Assembly: GCF_000018785.1 (NCBI RefSeq)
Contig: NC_010163.1
Coordinates: forward strand, 990,001 to 1,022,000
Origin: Acholeplasma laidlawii PG-8A
Lineage (GTDB): Bacteria; Bacillota_I; Bacilli_A; Acholeplasmatales; Acholeplasmataceae
Length of the DNA stretch: 32,000 bases
Direction of reading: 5' to 3'
A model generated the notes under the pieces. The model was not told where the DNA came from. It searched no databases and saw nothing but the letters and a program-made list of their open reading frames with translations. Of the stretch, positions 21,479-30,892 are shown one piece after another; within the stretch, counting starts at the first letter, position 1; each line of letters begins with the position of its first letter. Made by a program: the position numbers and the translations under genes.

Positions 21479-21692
21479 TATCTACCTTGGTTAACCTTTC
21501 ATTCCTAAAAAATTGATACAACAATAACATGCTAACAAATAAGCCTAGAATTAAACCGATACCTGAATATAATGCTTCACTAGTACCATCTGGATCTTGA
21601 TATTTACCAAGCATGGCACCTAATATGCCCCCCAGTATCATGTTGAATATAAACTGGGTTACTAACACATAAACTTTAATTGCTCTTCTCAT
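21453..21692 (-). CDS. AtpZ/AtpI-like 79 aa membrane protein, first gene of atp operon
   Basis: FIFNMILGGILGAMLGKYQDPDGTSEALYSGIGLILGLFVSMLLLYQFF resembles the AtpZ Gly-rich hairpin. Confidence 0.65.
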   Translation of the reverse strand: MRRAIKVYVLVTQFIFNMILGGILGAMLGKYQDPDGTSEALYSGIGLILGLFVSMLLLYQFFRNERLTKVDNEENGQSD

Positions 21693-21746
21693 GTTATCAC
21701 CACTTGTTTAAGTCTTATTTATAAAAAATAGTTATTTCTTATTTAA

Positions 21747-21775
21747 ATTATAACATAAAACAGCCCTAATCTAAA
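21747..21775 (-). promoter_or_regulatory. Putative promoter of F-type ATPase operon (TTTAGA-17-TGT-TATAAT, extended -10)
   Basis: On minus strand TTTAGA(21775-21770), 17 nt spacer ending in TGT, TATAAT (21752-21747), about 55 nt upstream of the 21692 start. Confidence 0.65.
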
Positions 21776-21850
21776 ATGATTTGTCTAATATGTTATTAAT
21801 CTTTATATTGATACTAAATGCCTTATAGTAAGCCATTAAACATAAAAGAA

Positions 21851-21886
21851 ATACACAGATATACCGTTATAAGTATATCTGTGTAT
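21851..21886 (-). terminator. Terminator-like hairpin after the tldE/pmbA homologue
   Basis: Perfect 13 bp stem ATACACAGATATA/TATATCTGTGTAT with 10 nt loop; minus strand continues TTTCTTTTATG. Confidence 0.7.
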
Positions 21887-21892
21887 CTGGGA

Positions 21893-23206
21893 TTATTTTT
21901 CTTCACCTGAGACCATAAGCTCACCAACGTGTACCGTTGGAGAACCAGTGCCTGAAACATCAAATGTGAGGTCTGAACCAATACCTTGAATATTCTTTAA
22001 TACATCAAACCAGTTTCCTGATAAGACAACCATTTTAACTGCATGGTCTAGTTTACCATCTTTAATAAATACGCCGCCAGCTTGTAAGCTAAAGCTTCCA
22101 TTAGAATGGTTCACACCTGCGTGTAATCCAACAAGATCAGTGACATAGAAACCTTCTTTAATGTCTTTAATTAATTCATTAAAGTCTTTTTTACCAGGTT
22201 CTAAGTATAATCCAGCAGGTCCAATGCCACCACCAAATGCGTTACCAGTTGGTGTTTCATTAAATAACTTAGCTGTTTTTAATGAATGTAAGAAGCCTGT
22301 GAATACACCATTATCAATAATCTTTTTAGGATTTGATGCAACGCCTTCATCATCGAATGAGTTTTGGAATGGTGCTAATTCATTTAACGGATCATCCCAC
22401 AGATTAAAGCCTTCTACTGCAATTTGTTGACCCTTTTTATCTTTAAGTGGTGTCATTTTACGGTAAGCCGCCTCACCTGAGAATAGCCCAGAGAACACGC
22501 CTAACATATCACCAAATCTTTTAGCCGAGAATACGGTGTTATACTTTTTAGTTTTAATCGATTTACCATCTAATTTAGATAGACCATTATCAATAGTCTT
22601 TTGAGCATCTTTTGCGGCATCAAAGTCACTAAACTTCTTAGCCAGTGTAATATCAAAACCTGTTTTGATATCACCATTTTTCTCAAAGATACCTACTGCA
22701 TATGCATAAGAGAAATTATGTTTTCTAGTTAAGTTTAGTCCTTTAGAGTTAATGATGGTTGTTTCACCATAACTTTCAGAGTAACTTGTAGTATCTACTT
22801 GTTTAACAAATTCATTAGCTAATACATTTTTTTCTAGTGCGATTAAGTAATCAATCTTTTCGTTAACCGGAACACTATCAAAATCAAATGTGTTTTCTTT
22901 AACTACAGGGTAACTTGGTGAACCCTCAAATATAATTGCAGGTTCTTTAACAGTTAAAGCCTCTGCATTTAATTTAAGTAAATCAAATGCTTTATCAACT
23001 GCTTCATCTGATAAGTCTTCTAAAACAAAACTTACTAATTTCTCATCATATACTGCACGGATTTTAGCTTTTTCAACATCAGAGGTCGTTAGATTTTCAA
23101 CTTTACCTTGATAGACTTCAATAGATAAACTCTTTGATCTTGTTGAAAAGATTTCTACATCACTAAAGCCTTTTTTTAATCCTAATTCAATCCAATTTTT
23201 AAACAT
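21893..23206 (-). CDS. TldE/PmbA-family metalloprotease subunit
   Basis: 437 aa; VTTSDVEKAKIRAVYDEK, SEAAYRKMTPLKDKKGQQIA, GVFTGFLHSLKTAKLF, NGSFSLQAGGVFIKDGKL. Confidence 0.88.
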   Translation of the reverse strand: MFKNWIELGLKKGFSDVEIFSTRSKSLSIEVYQGKVENLTTSDVEKAKIRAVYDEKLVSFVLEDLSDEAVDKAFDLLKLNAEALTVKEPAIIFEGSPSYPVVKENTFDFDSVPVNEKIDYLIALEKNVLANEFVKQVDTTSYSESYGETTIINSKGLNLTRKHNFSYAYAVGIFEKNGDIKTGFDITLAKKFSDFDAAKDAQKTIDNGLSKLDGKSIKTKKYNTVFSAKRFGDMLGVFSGLFSGEAAYRKMTPLKDKKGQQIAVEGFNLWDDPLNELAPFQNSFDDEGVASNPKKIIDNGVFTGFLHSLKTAKLFNETPTGNAFGGGIGPAGLYLEPGKKDFNELIKDIKEGFYVTDLVGLHAGVNHSNGSFSLQAGGVFIKDGKLDHAVKMVVLSGNWFDVLKNIQGIGSDLTFDVSGTGSPTVHVGELMVSGEEK

Positions 23207-24591
23207 TATTTGTTACCTCCTTGACCACCGACAAGCATTTTAGATACACGAATTGTCGGTTGACCTACATCAGTAGGAATAGATCCTGATGCTGCACCAC
23301 ACATACCTTGTCCATATGTTTTATTGTTTGCTACACGGTCAATTAATTGAATTGTTTCTGCACCATGACCAATTAACATTGCACCTCTTACAGGTTTTGT
23401 TAATTTACCATCTTCAATCATATAACCTTCCATAACAGCAAAGTTATATTCACCTGTTGCAGGGTTTACTGTACCGCCACCTAACTTCTTAGCGAATAAA
23501 CCATATTTTGTATCTTTAATGATATCTTCATATTCTTCAGTACCATTTTCAATATAGGTTGTATTCATTCTAGCTGTCGGAGGAAACTTATAACTTTGGC
23601 GTCTACCAGAACCGGTAGATTCATAGTTCATACGTTTACCACTTCTATAGTCTGATAAGTATCCTTTTAAAACACCTTTTTCAATCAGTAAGTTTTTACG
23701 TGTTTTGTTACCTTCATCGTCAAATGTTGTACGGCCCCATTGACCATCTTCATCACCATCATCATATGCTGTAACCACTTCACTAGCTACTTTTTGACCA
23801 AGTTTACCTGCAAACGGTGATAAACCTTTAGATACTGCAGATGTTTCAAGAGGATGCCCTACAGCTTCATGGAAAATCACGCCACCAAAGCCATTGTGAA
23901 TGACAACAGGCATTTCTTGTGGTTCCATATTATCTGCATAAAGGTAAGTCATAACTGAATGTCCTACATCTTTTGCTAGTGCTTTCAAATCGATTTCATC
24001 AAAGATTTCAAAGCCCATGTTTCTACCTGGTGCCTCATATGCATCTTGCATCAGTTCACCATCTTGAGCAACTGCAGATAATACAACACGTGTATACGTT
24101 CTTACATCATCTTGATAAATACCATTTGAATTAGCAATGAGTACTTTTTGTTCCCATTCAACCAGTGATGCTCCAGCTTGAATAATTTTATCATCATGAT
24201 CTTTAATGATATGAGATAACTCAATTAATTTCTTTGATTTTTCAGCTGGTGTCACTGAATTAAATGGAATTTTAATGTTATTTACATAAGGTAATTTATC
24301 ACCTAATGGTTTCACCTTATTTGGTGCATCATTAAATGACCCTCTTAAAGTTAACATTAATTTTTCAATTGATTGATAACTTGTATCATTTGAGTAACCA
24401 TACACTTCATCGATGCCCTTTAATAAACGAACACCCACGCCATAAGTATTTCCGCCACCGGCAGAAATTACATCACCATTGTTTACGGTGATTCGACCAC
24501 TATATGTGTCTTCTAAAAATATTTCAGAAAAATCTGCACCTGTTTCCAGTCCCAAACCTAATAATGTTTCTAATTCTTTTTTACTAAACAT
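23206..24591 (-). CDS. tldD: TldD-family metalloprotease
   Basis: GGVIFHEAVGHPLET (HExxxH), DDEGNKTRKNLLIEKGVLKGYLSDYRSG, GQGMCGAASGSIPTDVGQPTIRVSKMLVGG; start MFSKKELE at 24591 preferred over the 24648 ORF start. Confidence 0.92.
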   Translation of the reverse strand: MFSKKELETLLGLGLETGADFSEIFLEDTYSGRITVNNGDVISAGGGNTYGVGVRLLKGIDEVYGYSNDTSYQSIEKLMLTLRGSFNDAPNKVKPLGDKLPYVNNIKIPFNSVTPAEKSKKLIELSHIIKDHDDKIIQAGASLVEWEQKVLIANSNGIYQDDVRTYTRVVLSAVAQDGELMQDAYEAPGRNMGFEIFDEIDLKALAKDVGHSVMTYLYADNMEPQEMPVVIHNGFGGVIFHEAVGHPLETSAVSKGLSPFAGKLGQKVASEVVTAYDDGDEDGQWGRTTFDDEGNKTRKNLLIEKGVLKGYLSDYRSGKRMNYESTGSGRRQSYKFPPTARMNTTYIENGTEEYEDIIKDTKYGLFAKKLGGGTVNPATGEYNFAVMEGYMIEDGKLTKPVRGAMLIGHGAETIQLIDRVANNKTYGQGMCGAASGSIPTDVGQPTIRVSKMLVGGQGGNK

Positions 24592-26389
24592 GTGTTTCAC
24601 CTTCCTTTTTGTCATATTGCAATTGATATAGGTTATAGTATAACCCATTTTGTTTTAAAAGTTCTTGATGTTTACCTGATTCTACAATTTCACCTTTACT
24701 CATAACAATAATTCTATCACTATGTTGAATAGTAGATAGTCTATGTGCAACAATAAGCATTGTAGAAATATTCATCATTTTATTTAAGGATTCTTGAATA
24801 ATTGTTTCTGTTTCAGAGTCAATGTTTGCTGTTGCCTCATCTAGAATCATCAGACTCGGATTATAGACAACTGCTCTAGCAAAACTAATTAATTGTCTTT
24901 CACCACTACTAAAGTTGTTACCACGTTCTTTAACCACATGATCTAAACCTTCAGGTAGCTTGTTTAAGATATAATCTAGACCCACATAATTACTTGCACG
25001 TTTAATGTCTTCATCTGTAATATCAGGGTCACCAAGTGTGATGTTATCTCTAATGGTTCCACTAAATAAGAAGACATCTTGTAGCATTTGACCAACAAAT
25101 TTACGTAAGGATGAACGCTTAATGGTTTTAATATCAATCCCATCAATAAGGATTTGTCCCTTTTGGATATCGTAGTTTCTAACAATCAATTGTAGAATTG
25201 TTGTTTTACCACTACCTGTGGCACCAACAAATGCTACCGTTTCATTTGGATTGACTTTAAAGGAAACATCTTTTAAGATCCATTCACCTTCAATATAGCT
25301 AAACCAAACGTTTTTAAATTCGATTTGTCCATCAAATTTCTTTAGTTCAATCGCGTCCACATCATCTATAATATCTGGTTTTGTATCTAAGACGTCAAAT
25401 ATTTTTTCTGCTGAACTAAAACCATTTTGAAGTGCATTAAATTGTTCAGATATTTGCTGTATTGGTTCGAAGAACTGTCCAACATAAATGTAAAATGAAA
25501 TAAATAATCCGACACTTAAGGCACCATCAATGACGGTTGTTACACCAAAGTATACTGTAAGGATAGTAGCTATCATAGAAATCATCCAAATAATCGGTCT
25601 ATAAATACCAAATGTATTGATTTCTCTATAATAACTTTTCATTAACTTATCATTTAATAACTTAAAGTTTTGAACCTTCTTTTCTTCTTGATTAAATATT
25701 TGAGTGATTTTCATACCACTTAAGTTTTCAGATAAATAGCCATTGAGTTCTGAAATGTTTGTACGCACATTTCTATATGCTGTTCTTGAGTATTTCCTAA
25801 AAATGGAGCTTGCTAGTAAGATAAGTGGTAAGGTTAAGAAAGTTAGGAGTGCCATTTGCCAATTTAGTACTAATAGCACAACTGCAATCACAATCATCAT
25901 AAGAACGTTTCTTAATAGGTTAACAATCGTGTTTGTAAACATATCAGAAATGTTACCTGGGTCATTTGTTGCACGAGTAACTAATTTACCTACTGGTAAT
26001 AAATTGATTTGACCAATTGATAAATTTTCAATATGTTCAAATACTTCTTTTCGCATGACGTGCGTCACATCTTGGCCAATTTCTTGTAAGATACGTTGTT
26101 GGAAAAATCCAACAACAACACTAATCATTAAAATGACTAAACCTATAAGTGTAGCAACTGCTAATGCTAGCATCTTTTGATCGTTTGTTACATCTGTTTT
26201 AGTCATATAGTCAATCGACCAACCGGTTGCAAGTGGTAATACAAGATTTGTAAATATCGTAACAAACATCATAAAGAATGCACCAATGAACTTACCTCTA
26301 TACGGTTTTAAGTATTTTAATAATCGCTTAATTAATGTTTTATCAGCATGTGCGGCATGGTTGTCTTGAAAATCACGCATGTTGTTCAC
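24584..26389 (-). CDS. ABC transporter, fused permease/ATPase (multidrug/exporter type)
   Basis: Six-TM N-terminus; Walker A GATGSGKTT; signature SSGERQLISFARAV; Walker B SLMILDEATANID. Confidence 0.93.
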   Translation of the reverse strand: MNNMRDFQDNHAAHADKTLIKRLLKYLKPYRGKFIGAFFMMFVTIFTNLVLPLATGWSIDYMTKTDVTNDQKMLALAVATLIGLVILMISVVVGFFQQRILQEIGQDVTHVMRKEVFEHIENLSIGQINLLPVGKLVTRATNDPGNISDMFTNTIVNLLRNVLMMIVIAVVLLVLNWQMALLTFLTLPLILLASSIFRKYSRTAYRNVRTNISELNGYLSENLSGMKITQIFNQEEKKVQNFKLLNDKLMKSYYREINTFGIYRPIIWMISMIATILTVYFGVTTVIDGALSVGLFISFYIYVGQFFEPIQQISEQFNALQNGFSSAEKIFDVLDTKPDIIDDVDAIELKKFDGQIEFKNVWFSYIEGEWILKDVSFKVNPNETVAFVGATGSGKTTILQLIVRNYDIQKGQILIDGIDIKTIKRSSLRKFVGQMLQDVFLFSGTIRDNITLGDPDITDEDIKRASNYVGLDYILNKLPEGLDHVVKERGNNFSSGERQLISFARAVVYNPSLMILDEATANIDSETETIIQESLNKMMNISTMLIVAHRLSTIQHSDRIIVMSKGEIVESGKHQELLKQNGLYYNLYQLQYDKKEGETHV

Positions 26390-28136
26390 CTTCTTCCACT
26401 AATGCTTCTAATGTTTGTAGTTTCACCATTTCTTGGTAAGTAGGATTTGTTTTTAATAGTTCTTTATGTGTACCTAATCCAATAATACGACCTTCTTCAA
26501 TTAATATAATCTTATCTAGATTTTTAACGGTTGAAATACGGTGAGCTATCATTAAAGTTGTTCGACCTTTTCTAATTTTTCTTAAGTTAGATATAATTGC
26601 TTCTTCAGTTTTTGTATCTACTGCAGATACAGAGTCATCTAGGATTAAAATGGTTGGATCTTTTGCGAGTGCTCTAGCAATAGAAATACGTTGTTTTTGA
26701 CCACCTGATACAGTTGTTCCACGTTCACCTAAGATGGTGTCATATTGTTCTTTAAAGGACATCACGTTTTCATAGATATCAGATAGCTTGGATACTTCAT
26801 GTAACCAGTCTTCATCAATTTGATCTTTAAATGAAAAACCAATATTGTTTCTAATCGTGTCTGAATATAAGAAGTTATCTTGTGGTACATAACCAATATG
26901 ATCTCTTAATGCCTTAATAGAGATATCGGTCATATCATGTCCACTATAGCTAATCATGTTTGGTTTTGGTTGATATACGTGAAGTAGTAATTCTACTAAG
27001 GTAGATTTACCAGAACCAGTTTTACCTAAAATACCCACCATTTCACCAGCTTTAATCTCAAAGTTCATATCTTTTAATACGTATTCATCGCTATCTGGAT
27101 AATTAAAGTTTAGATTTTCCACTTTGATGTGCCCATCAAGTTTAACTTCTTCTAAAACTCCTGGTTTATCAACAACATCTGGTTTTGTTTCTAAGAATCC
27201 ATAAATTCTTTTAGCGGATGCTTGAGCTTGACCGTTGACCATCATAAACCAAGATAGCGCGAATACTGGCCATAACAACGTAAAGAAGTAACTAATATAT
27301 TCCGTTAAATCACCTGATTTCAATTCATTTTGTGCAATTAAAATTGAACCATATACGATAACAGATAAAATCACTAAAGTAATCATGACGTCAATAATAA
27401 TGTTGACAACAATCGAGTACTTCACATGGGTCATCGTTGTATCATATAGTTTTTTTGATTTTCGATCAAAAGTTATTGCTTCTTTAGCTTCTCTGACATA
27501 CGCTTTTATCACTTGAATACCTGTAAAGGATTCTTGAGTAAAGTCACTCATTTGTTCAAATGATTCTTGGCGTAATTTAAACTTAGCTTGCATCTTTCTA
27601 TTTAAGAAATATACTAAGACACCCATAAGTAGGATTGGTATACCTGCATAAAGGGTCATCACTAGGTTTAAACTAAACATTCTAATTAAGACCATTGCCC
27701 CTAAAAATAGACCGTCTACAAGCATTAAGAGTCCAAAACCATATAATTCTTTAACTGAATTAAGATCGTTAATGAAGTAACTCATTAAACCACCTATTTT
27801 TTGATTAGAATAGAAGTTTTGGGATAACTTGGCTGCGTGTTCAAACATATGTAGTCTAATATCTGTTTCTACTTTTCTACCATTACCAAATAGTAGCACA
27901 CGCCATAAATAACGTCCTACAGTCATAAATATTACTATCCCAATGAGATAGTAAATTAGGTTTAAGATGTCACCTACTTGTGTCACCGTACCTTCTTCTA
28001 CACCTGTAATGACTTGATTAAATATTCTAGGAATTTCTAGTTGAAAGTAATCTAGGCCAATGAGTAATAAAATACCCAATAGAAATGACCATCCATATTT
28101 AATGTAATAATGTCTAAAATGTTTTAATAATATCAT
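26373..28136 (-). CDS. ABC transporter, fused permease/ATPase, probable heterodimer partner
   Basis: Walker A GKTGSGKST; signature VSGGQKQRISIARAL; Walker B TILILDDSVSAVD (Asp in place of catalytic Glu); 17 nt overlap with next gene. Confidence 0.93.
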   Translation of the reverse strand: MILLKHFRHYYIKYGWSFLLGILLLIGLDYFQLEIPRIFNQVITGVEEGTVTQVGDILNLIYYLIGIVIFMTVGRYLWRVLLFGNGRKVETDIRLHMFEHAAKLSQNFYSNQKIGGLMSYFINDLNSVKELYGFGLLMLVDGLFLGAMVLIRMFSLNLVMTLYAGIPILLMGVLVYFLNRKMQAKFKLRQESFEQMSDFTQESFTGIQVIKAYVREAKEAITFDRKSKKLYDTTMTHVKYSIVVNIIIDVMITLVILSVIVYGSILIAQNELKSGDLTEYISYFFTLLWPVFALSWFMMVNGQAQASAKRIYGFLETKPDVVDKPGVLEEVKLDGHIKVENLNFNYPDSDEYVLKDMNFEIKAGEMVGILGKTGSGKSTLVELLLHVYQPKPNMISYSGHDMTDISIKALRDHIGYVPQDNFLYSDTIRNNIGFSFKDQIDEDWLHEVSKLSDIYENVMSFKEQYDTILGERGTTVSGGQKQRISIARALAKDPTILILDDSVSAVDTKTEEAIISNLRKIRKGRTTLMIAHRISTVKNLDKIILIEEGRIIGLGTHKELLKTNPTYQEMVKLQTLEALVEEGEQHA

Positions 28137-28286
28137 CTTGTTTTATACCTCTTAACTATTCTATCAAAAATGTGGAAATTATTTGATTTTAAACCTTGTT
28201 TTTGTAGTAATAGTTATCTGTTTTAATTTTTTTATATATAACTAGCCTTATTTTATAAGATTCCTTATATCAGGCGTTACAAACAT

Positions 28287-28318
28287 AAACTATCCGATGT
28301 TATTTTATCGGATAGTTT
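28287..28318 (-). terminator. Terminator-like hairpin downstream of the small minus-strand operon
   Basis: 12 bp perfect stem AAACTATCCGAT/ATCGGATAGTTT with loop GTTATTTT, 3' of the 28325 stop. Confidence 0.65.
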
Positions 28319-28324
28319 ATGGAC

Positions 28325-28705
28325 TTACTCAACAATAATTCTAACCTTATCGCCGTCTTCTGTATCAACAGTTAGAATCTCACCTAATACACCTTGATTG
28401 ACCATCATAAGAATAGAATCTAAATCGATTTCATAATCATCTAGTTTTGCATTACCAAACTTACCGTTTTTTAAGAGTTTTGCAAACTCAACTGGAATAT
28501 TGATTCTAACCTTTTCACCATCAGCTGTATCTACTATGATCTTTAACATTCTAAATGATTGTTTCTTCTCATTTGGTACCGTGATAAGTTCTTGTTCTGG
28601 TTTATCCATGAGTGCAGATAGTAATTTTTCAGCCTCATCTGGTGTGATGACACCTGATTTTAGTAATTCTAATATTTGAAGTCTTTCTTCTTTTAAGTTA
28701 TCCAT
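28325..28705 (-). CDS. SHOCT-like/LiaX-N-terminal-like small protein
   Basis: 126 aa; MDNLKEERLQILELLKSGVITPDEAEKLLSAL N-terminal motif. Confidence 0.6.
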   Translation of the reverse strand: MDNLKEERLQILELLKSGVITPDEAEKLLSALMDKPEQELITVPNEKKQSFRMLKIIVDTADGEKVRINIPVEFAKLLKNGKFGNAKLDDYEIDLDSILMMVNQGVLGEILTVDTEDGDKVRIIVE

Positions 28706-29145
28706 TATTCGGTTTCTCCTTTAACTTTTTTAATGATTTTAATTGCTTCTTCAACTTTCATTTCACCAGTTTTAATTTTATTTAAGATTTCTTGTTGTTT
28801 ATTTTTAATATAAACTTCATCAATTTTAACTGGTTGAACCTTAACTCTTACAGGTTCATCATCATCTTCATCTACACTGTAACCAAGTGATGTGATTGCT
28901 TCATCTAAGTACTTTTTAACTGTAGGGTAGCTAATATTCATCTCTTTTTCTACCGCTTTGATGTTACCTCTGTTTTTAACAAATACCTCTATAAAGTAAA
29001 GTGTTTCTTTATGGATATAGTTAAACTTTGAAAAACTAAATTCACCCTTAATTTCCGTGTGACAATGATCACACGCTAAATGCGTAATATGTAAATCTTT
29101 ATTACATACAGGGCAGATTGTTATAACGTTATGTTTATTTGACAT
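28705..29145 (-). CDS. DUF2089-like zinc-finger/HTH protein
   Basis: 146 aa; CPVCNKDLHITHLACDHCHTEIKGEF, FIEVFVKNRGNIKAVEKEMNISYPTVKKYLDEAI, C-terminal EEAIKIIKKVKGE. Confidence 0.75.
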   Translation of the reverse strand: MSNKHNVITICPVCNKDLHITHLACDHCHTEIKGEFSFSKFNYIHKETLYFIEVFVKNRGNIKAVEKEMNISYPTVKKYLDEAITSLGYSVDEDDDEPVRVKVQPVKIDEVYIKNKQQEILNKIKTGEMKVEEAIKIIKKVKGETE

Positions 29146-29162
29146 TTTTTATTCCTCATTTC

Positions 29163-29495
29163 TTAAAGTGTTTTTATTTTTATATAAGCATCTTTTGAAT
29201 CTACTTCGATGTAGACGTGCTTTGATGTGATAAGTTGGATTAAATCTTTGTTTGTTATAAAGTCATTGTCTAAGCTCTTTCTTTTGATGAAGAACTTAAT
29301 GAGTCCTGTAGGTATTGGAAGTATTGTAAATAAAGAGAATATACCTGTGAAGATGGGGTGATCTTTAAAACGAAACTTTACTTTGATGAAGTGTGTCTGC
29401 TTCAATTTAACTTTTACATTATAAAGTAATTGATAAGCTTCTTCTACACTCAGTTTTTGATGGTAAACTTTATTTAATGTTTTAATTTGTTTCAT
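29163..29495 (-). CDS. Hypothetical protein (110 aa)
   Basis: Open frame with its own promoter, first gene of a minus-strand operon; one possible membrane segment PIFTGIFSLFTILPIPTGLIKFF. Confidence 0.6.
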   Translation of the reverse strand: MKQIKTLNKVYHQKLSVEEAYQLLYNVKVKLKQTHFIKVKFRFKDHPIFTGIFSLFTILPIPTGLIKFFIKRKSLDNDFITNKDLIQLITSKHVYIEVDSKDAYIKIKTL

Positions 29496-29535
29496 TTTTT
29501 CAATACTTTCCTTAATATTTTTAATTTACACATTG

Positions 29536-29564
29536 ATTTTATTGCTTATAATTAACTTTGTCAA
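29536..29564 (-). promoter_or_regulatory. Strong consensus promoter TTGACA-17-TAAAAT for the 29495->28325 operon
   Basis: Minus strand TTGACA (29564-29559), 17 nt spacer, TAAAAT (29541-29536). Confidence 0.8.
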
Positions 29565-29634
29565 CACTTTTGATTTAAAAAATTAAAAAAATTAATTCCG
29601 ACGTTAATTTTTTCAAATTTTCAGTTTATTTTTG

Positions 29635-29640
29635 TATAAT
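29635..29640 (+). promoter_or_regulatory. Putative -10 (TATAAT) of the pepT promoter
   Basis: TATAAT 22 nt upstream of the pepT start, GTGAGGT RBS-like sequence between; weak -35 TTCAAA at 17 bp. Confidence 0.55.
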
Positions 29641-29661
29641 ATATATAAGTGAGGTATATAT

Positions 29662-30876
29662 ATGAAAAGATTACAAGAAAGATTTTTACGTTATGTAAAA
29701 ATAGATACACAATCAGATCCAAACTCTACAACTTTTCCTTCTACTTTAAAACAACTTGATTTATCTAAGTTGTTAGTTGAAGAAATATCATCAATGGGTT
29801 TTGATGCAAGATTAGATAAAGACGGCTACGTTTATGCCAAAATCGATTCTAATATCGATAAGAAGGTGCCAAGTATTGGTTTTATCGCACACGTGGATAC
29901 TTCTCCAGATGCACCAGGTAAAGATGTAAATCCTAGAATTATTAAAAACTATGATGGTTCATTAATTAAACTAAACGAAACATTTCAGATGCATCCAGAT
30001 AAGTACCCTTCGTTAAAAAAGGTAATTGGTGAAGATATTATTGTCACTGACGGTAACACTTTATTAGGTGCCGATGATAAAGCAGGTGTTGCAGAAATTA
30101 TGGAACTACTTCATAGAATCGCTGATGATAAGTCTATCAAACATGGTGACATCTATATTTGTTTCACACCGGATGAAGAAATCGGACAAGGTGCTGATAG
30201 ATTTGATTATGAATGGTTCAAAGCTGATTTTGCATATACTTTAGATGGTAGCGAAGTTGGTGGTATTGAATACGAAAACTTTAACGCTGCAAGTGCAGAC
30301 GTTAAATTTATCGGTAACTCCATACACCCAGGTAGTGCTAAAAATAAAATGATTAACGCACTTCACCTACAAATGGAGTTCCATAGTATGTTACCTAAGT
30401 TTCTAGATCCAGCAATTACTGAAGGTTATGAAGGTTTTAACCACTTATCGAATGTAACTGGTCAAGTTGAAGAGGCTTCTGCACACTATATTATTAGAAA
30501 TCACCATATGGCTAAGTTTTTAGAACAACAAAAAACTTTTGAAGCGATTAAAAACTATATGAATGAAAAGTATGGTTATGAAGCTGTTGTATTACATATT
30601 AAAGAATCTTACTTAAATATGTATGAAATTATTAAAGATCACATGTACGTGATTGATTATGCAGTCAATGCAACCAAAGCTGCAGGCTTAACGCCTAAAT
30701 TTGAAGCAATTCGTGGCGGTACAGATGGCGCTAGATTAACTTATGGTGGACTTATTTGTCCAAACCTCGGTACAGGTGCATATCACTTCCATGGACGTTT
30801 AGAGTTTGCAAGTATTAACCAAATGGAAAAAGCTGTTGAAGTTATGTTTAATATCATAAAGGAAGTACAAAAATAA
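29662..30876 (+). CDS. pepT: Peptidase T (tripeptide aminopeptidase)
   Basis: RLQERFLRYVKIDTQSD, GFIAHVDTSPDAPGKDVNPRI, LLGADDKAGVAEIM, CFTPDEEIGQGAD, IRGGTDGARLTYGGLICPNLGTGAYHFHGR. Confidence 0.96.
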   Translation: MKRLQERFLRYVKIDTQSDPNSTTFPSTLKQLDLSKLLVEEISSMGFDARLDKDGYVYAKIDSNIDKKVPSIGFIAHVDTSPDAPGKDVNPRIIKNYDGSLIKLNETFQMHPDKYPSLKKVIGEDIIVTDGNTLLGADDKAGVAEIMELLHRIADDKSIKHGDIYICFTPDEEIGQGADRFDYEWFKADFAYTLDGSEVGGIEYENFNAASADVKFIGNSIHPGSAKNKMINALHLQMEFHSMLPKFLDPAITEGYEGFNHLSNVTGQVEEASAHYIIRNHHMAKFLEQQKTFEAIKNYMNEKYGYEAVVLHIKESYLNMYEIIKDHMYVIDYAVNATKAAGLTPKFEAIRGGTDGARLTYGGLICPNLGTGAYHFHGRLEFASINQMEKAVEVMFNIIKEVQK

Positions 30877-30892
30877 AAGGAGGTTTTATTTT

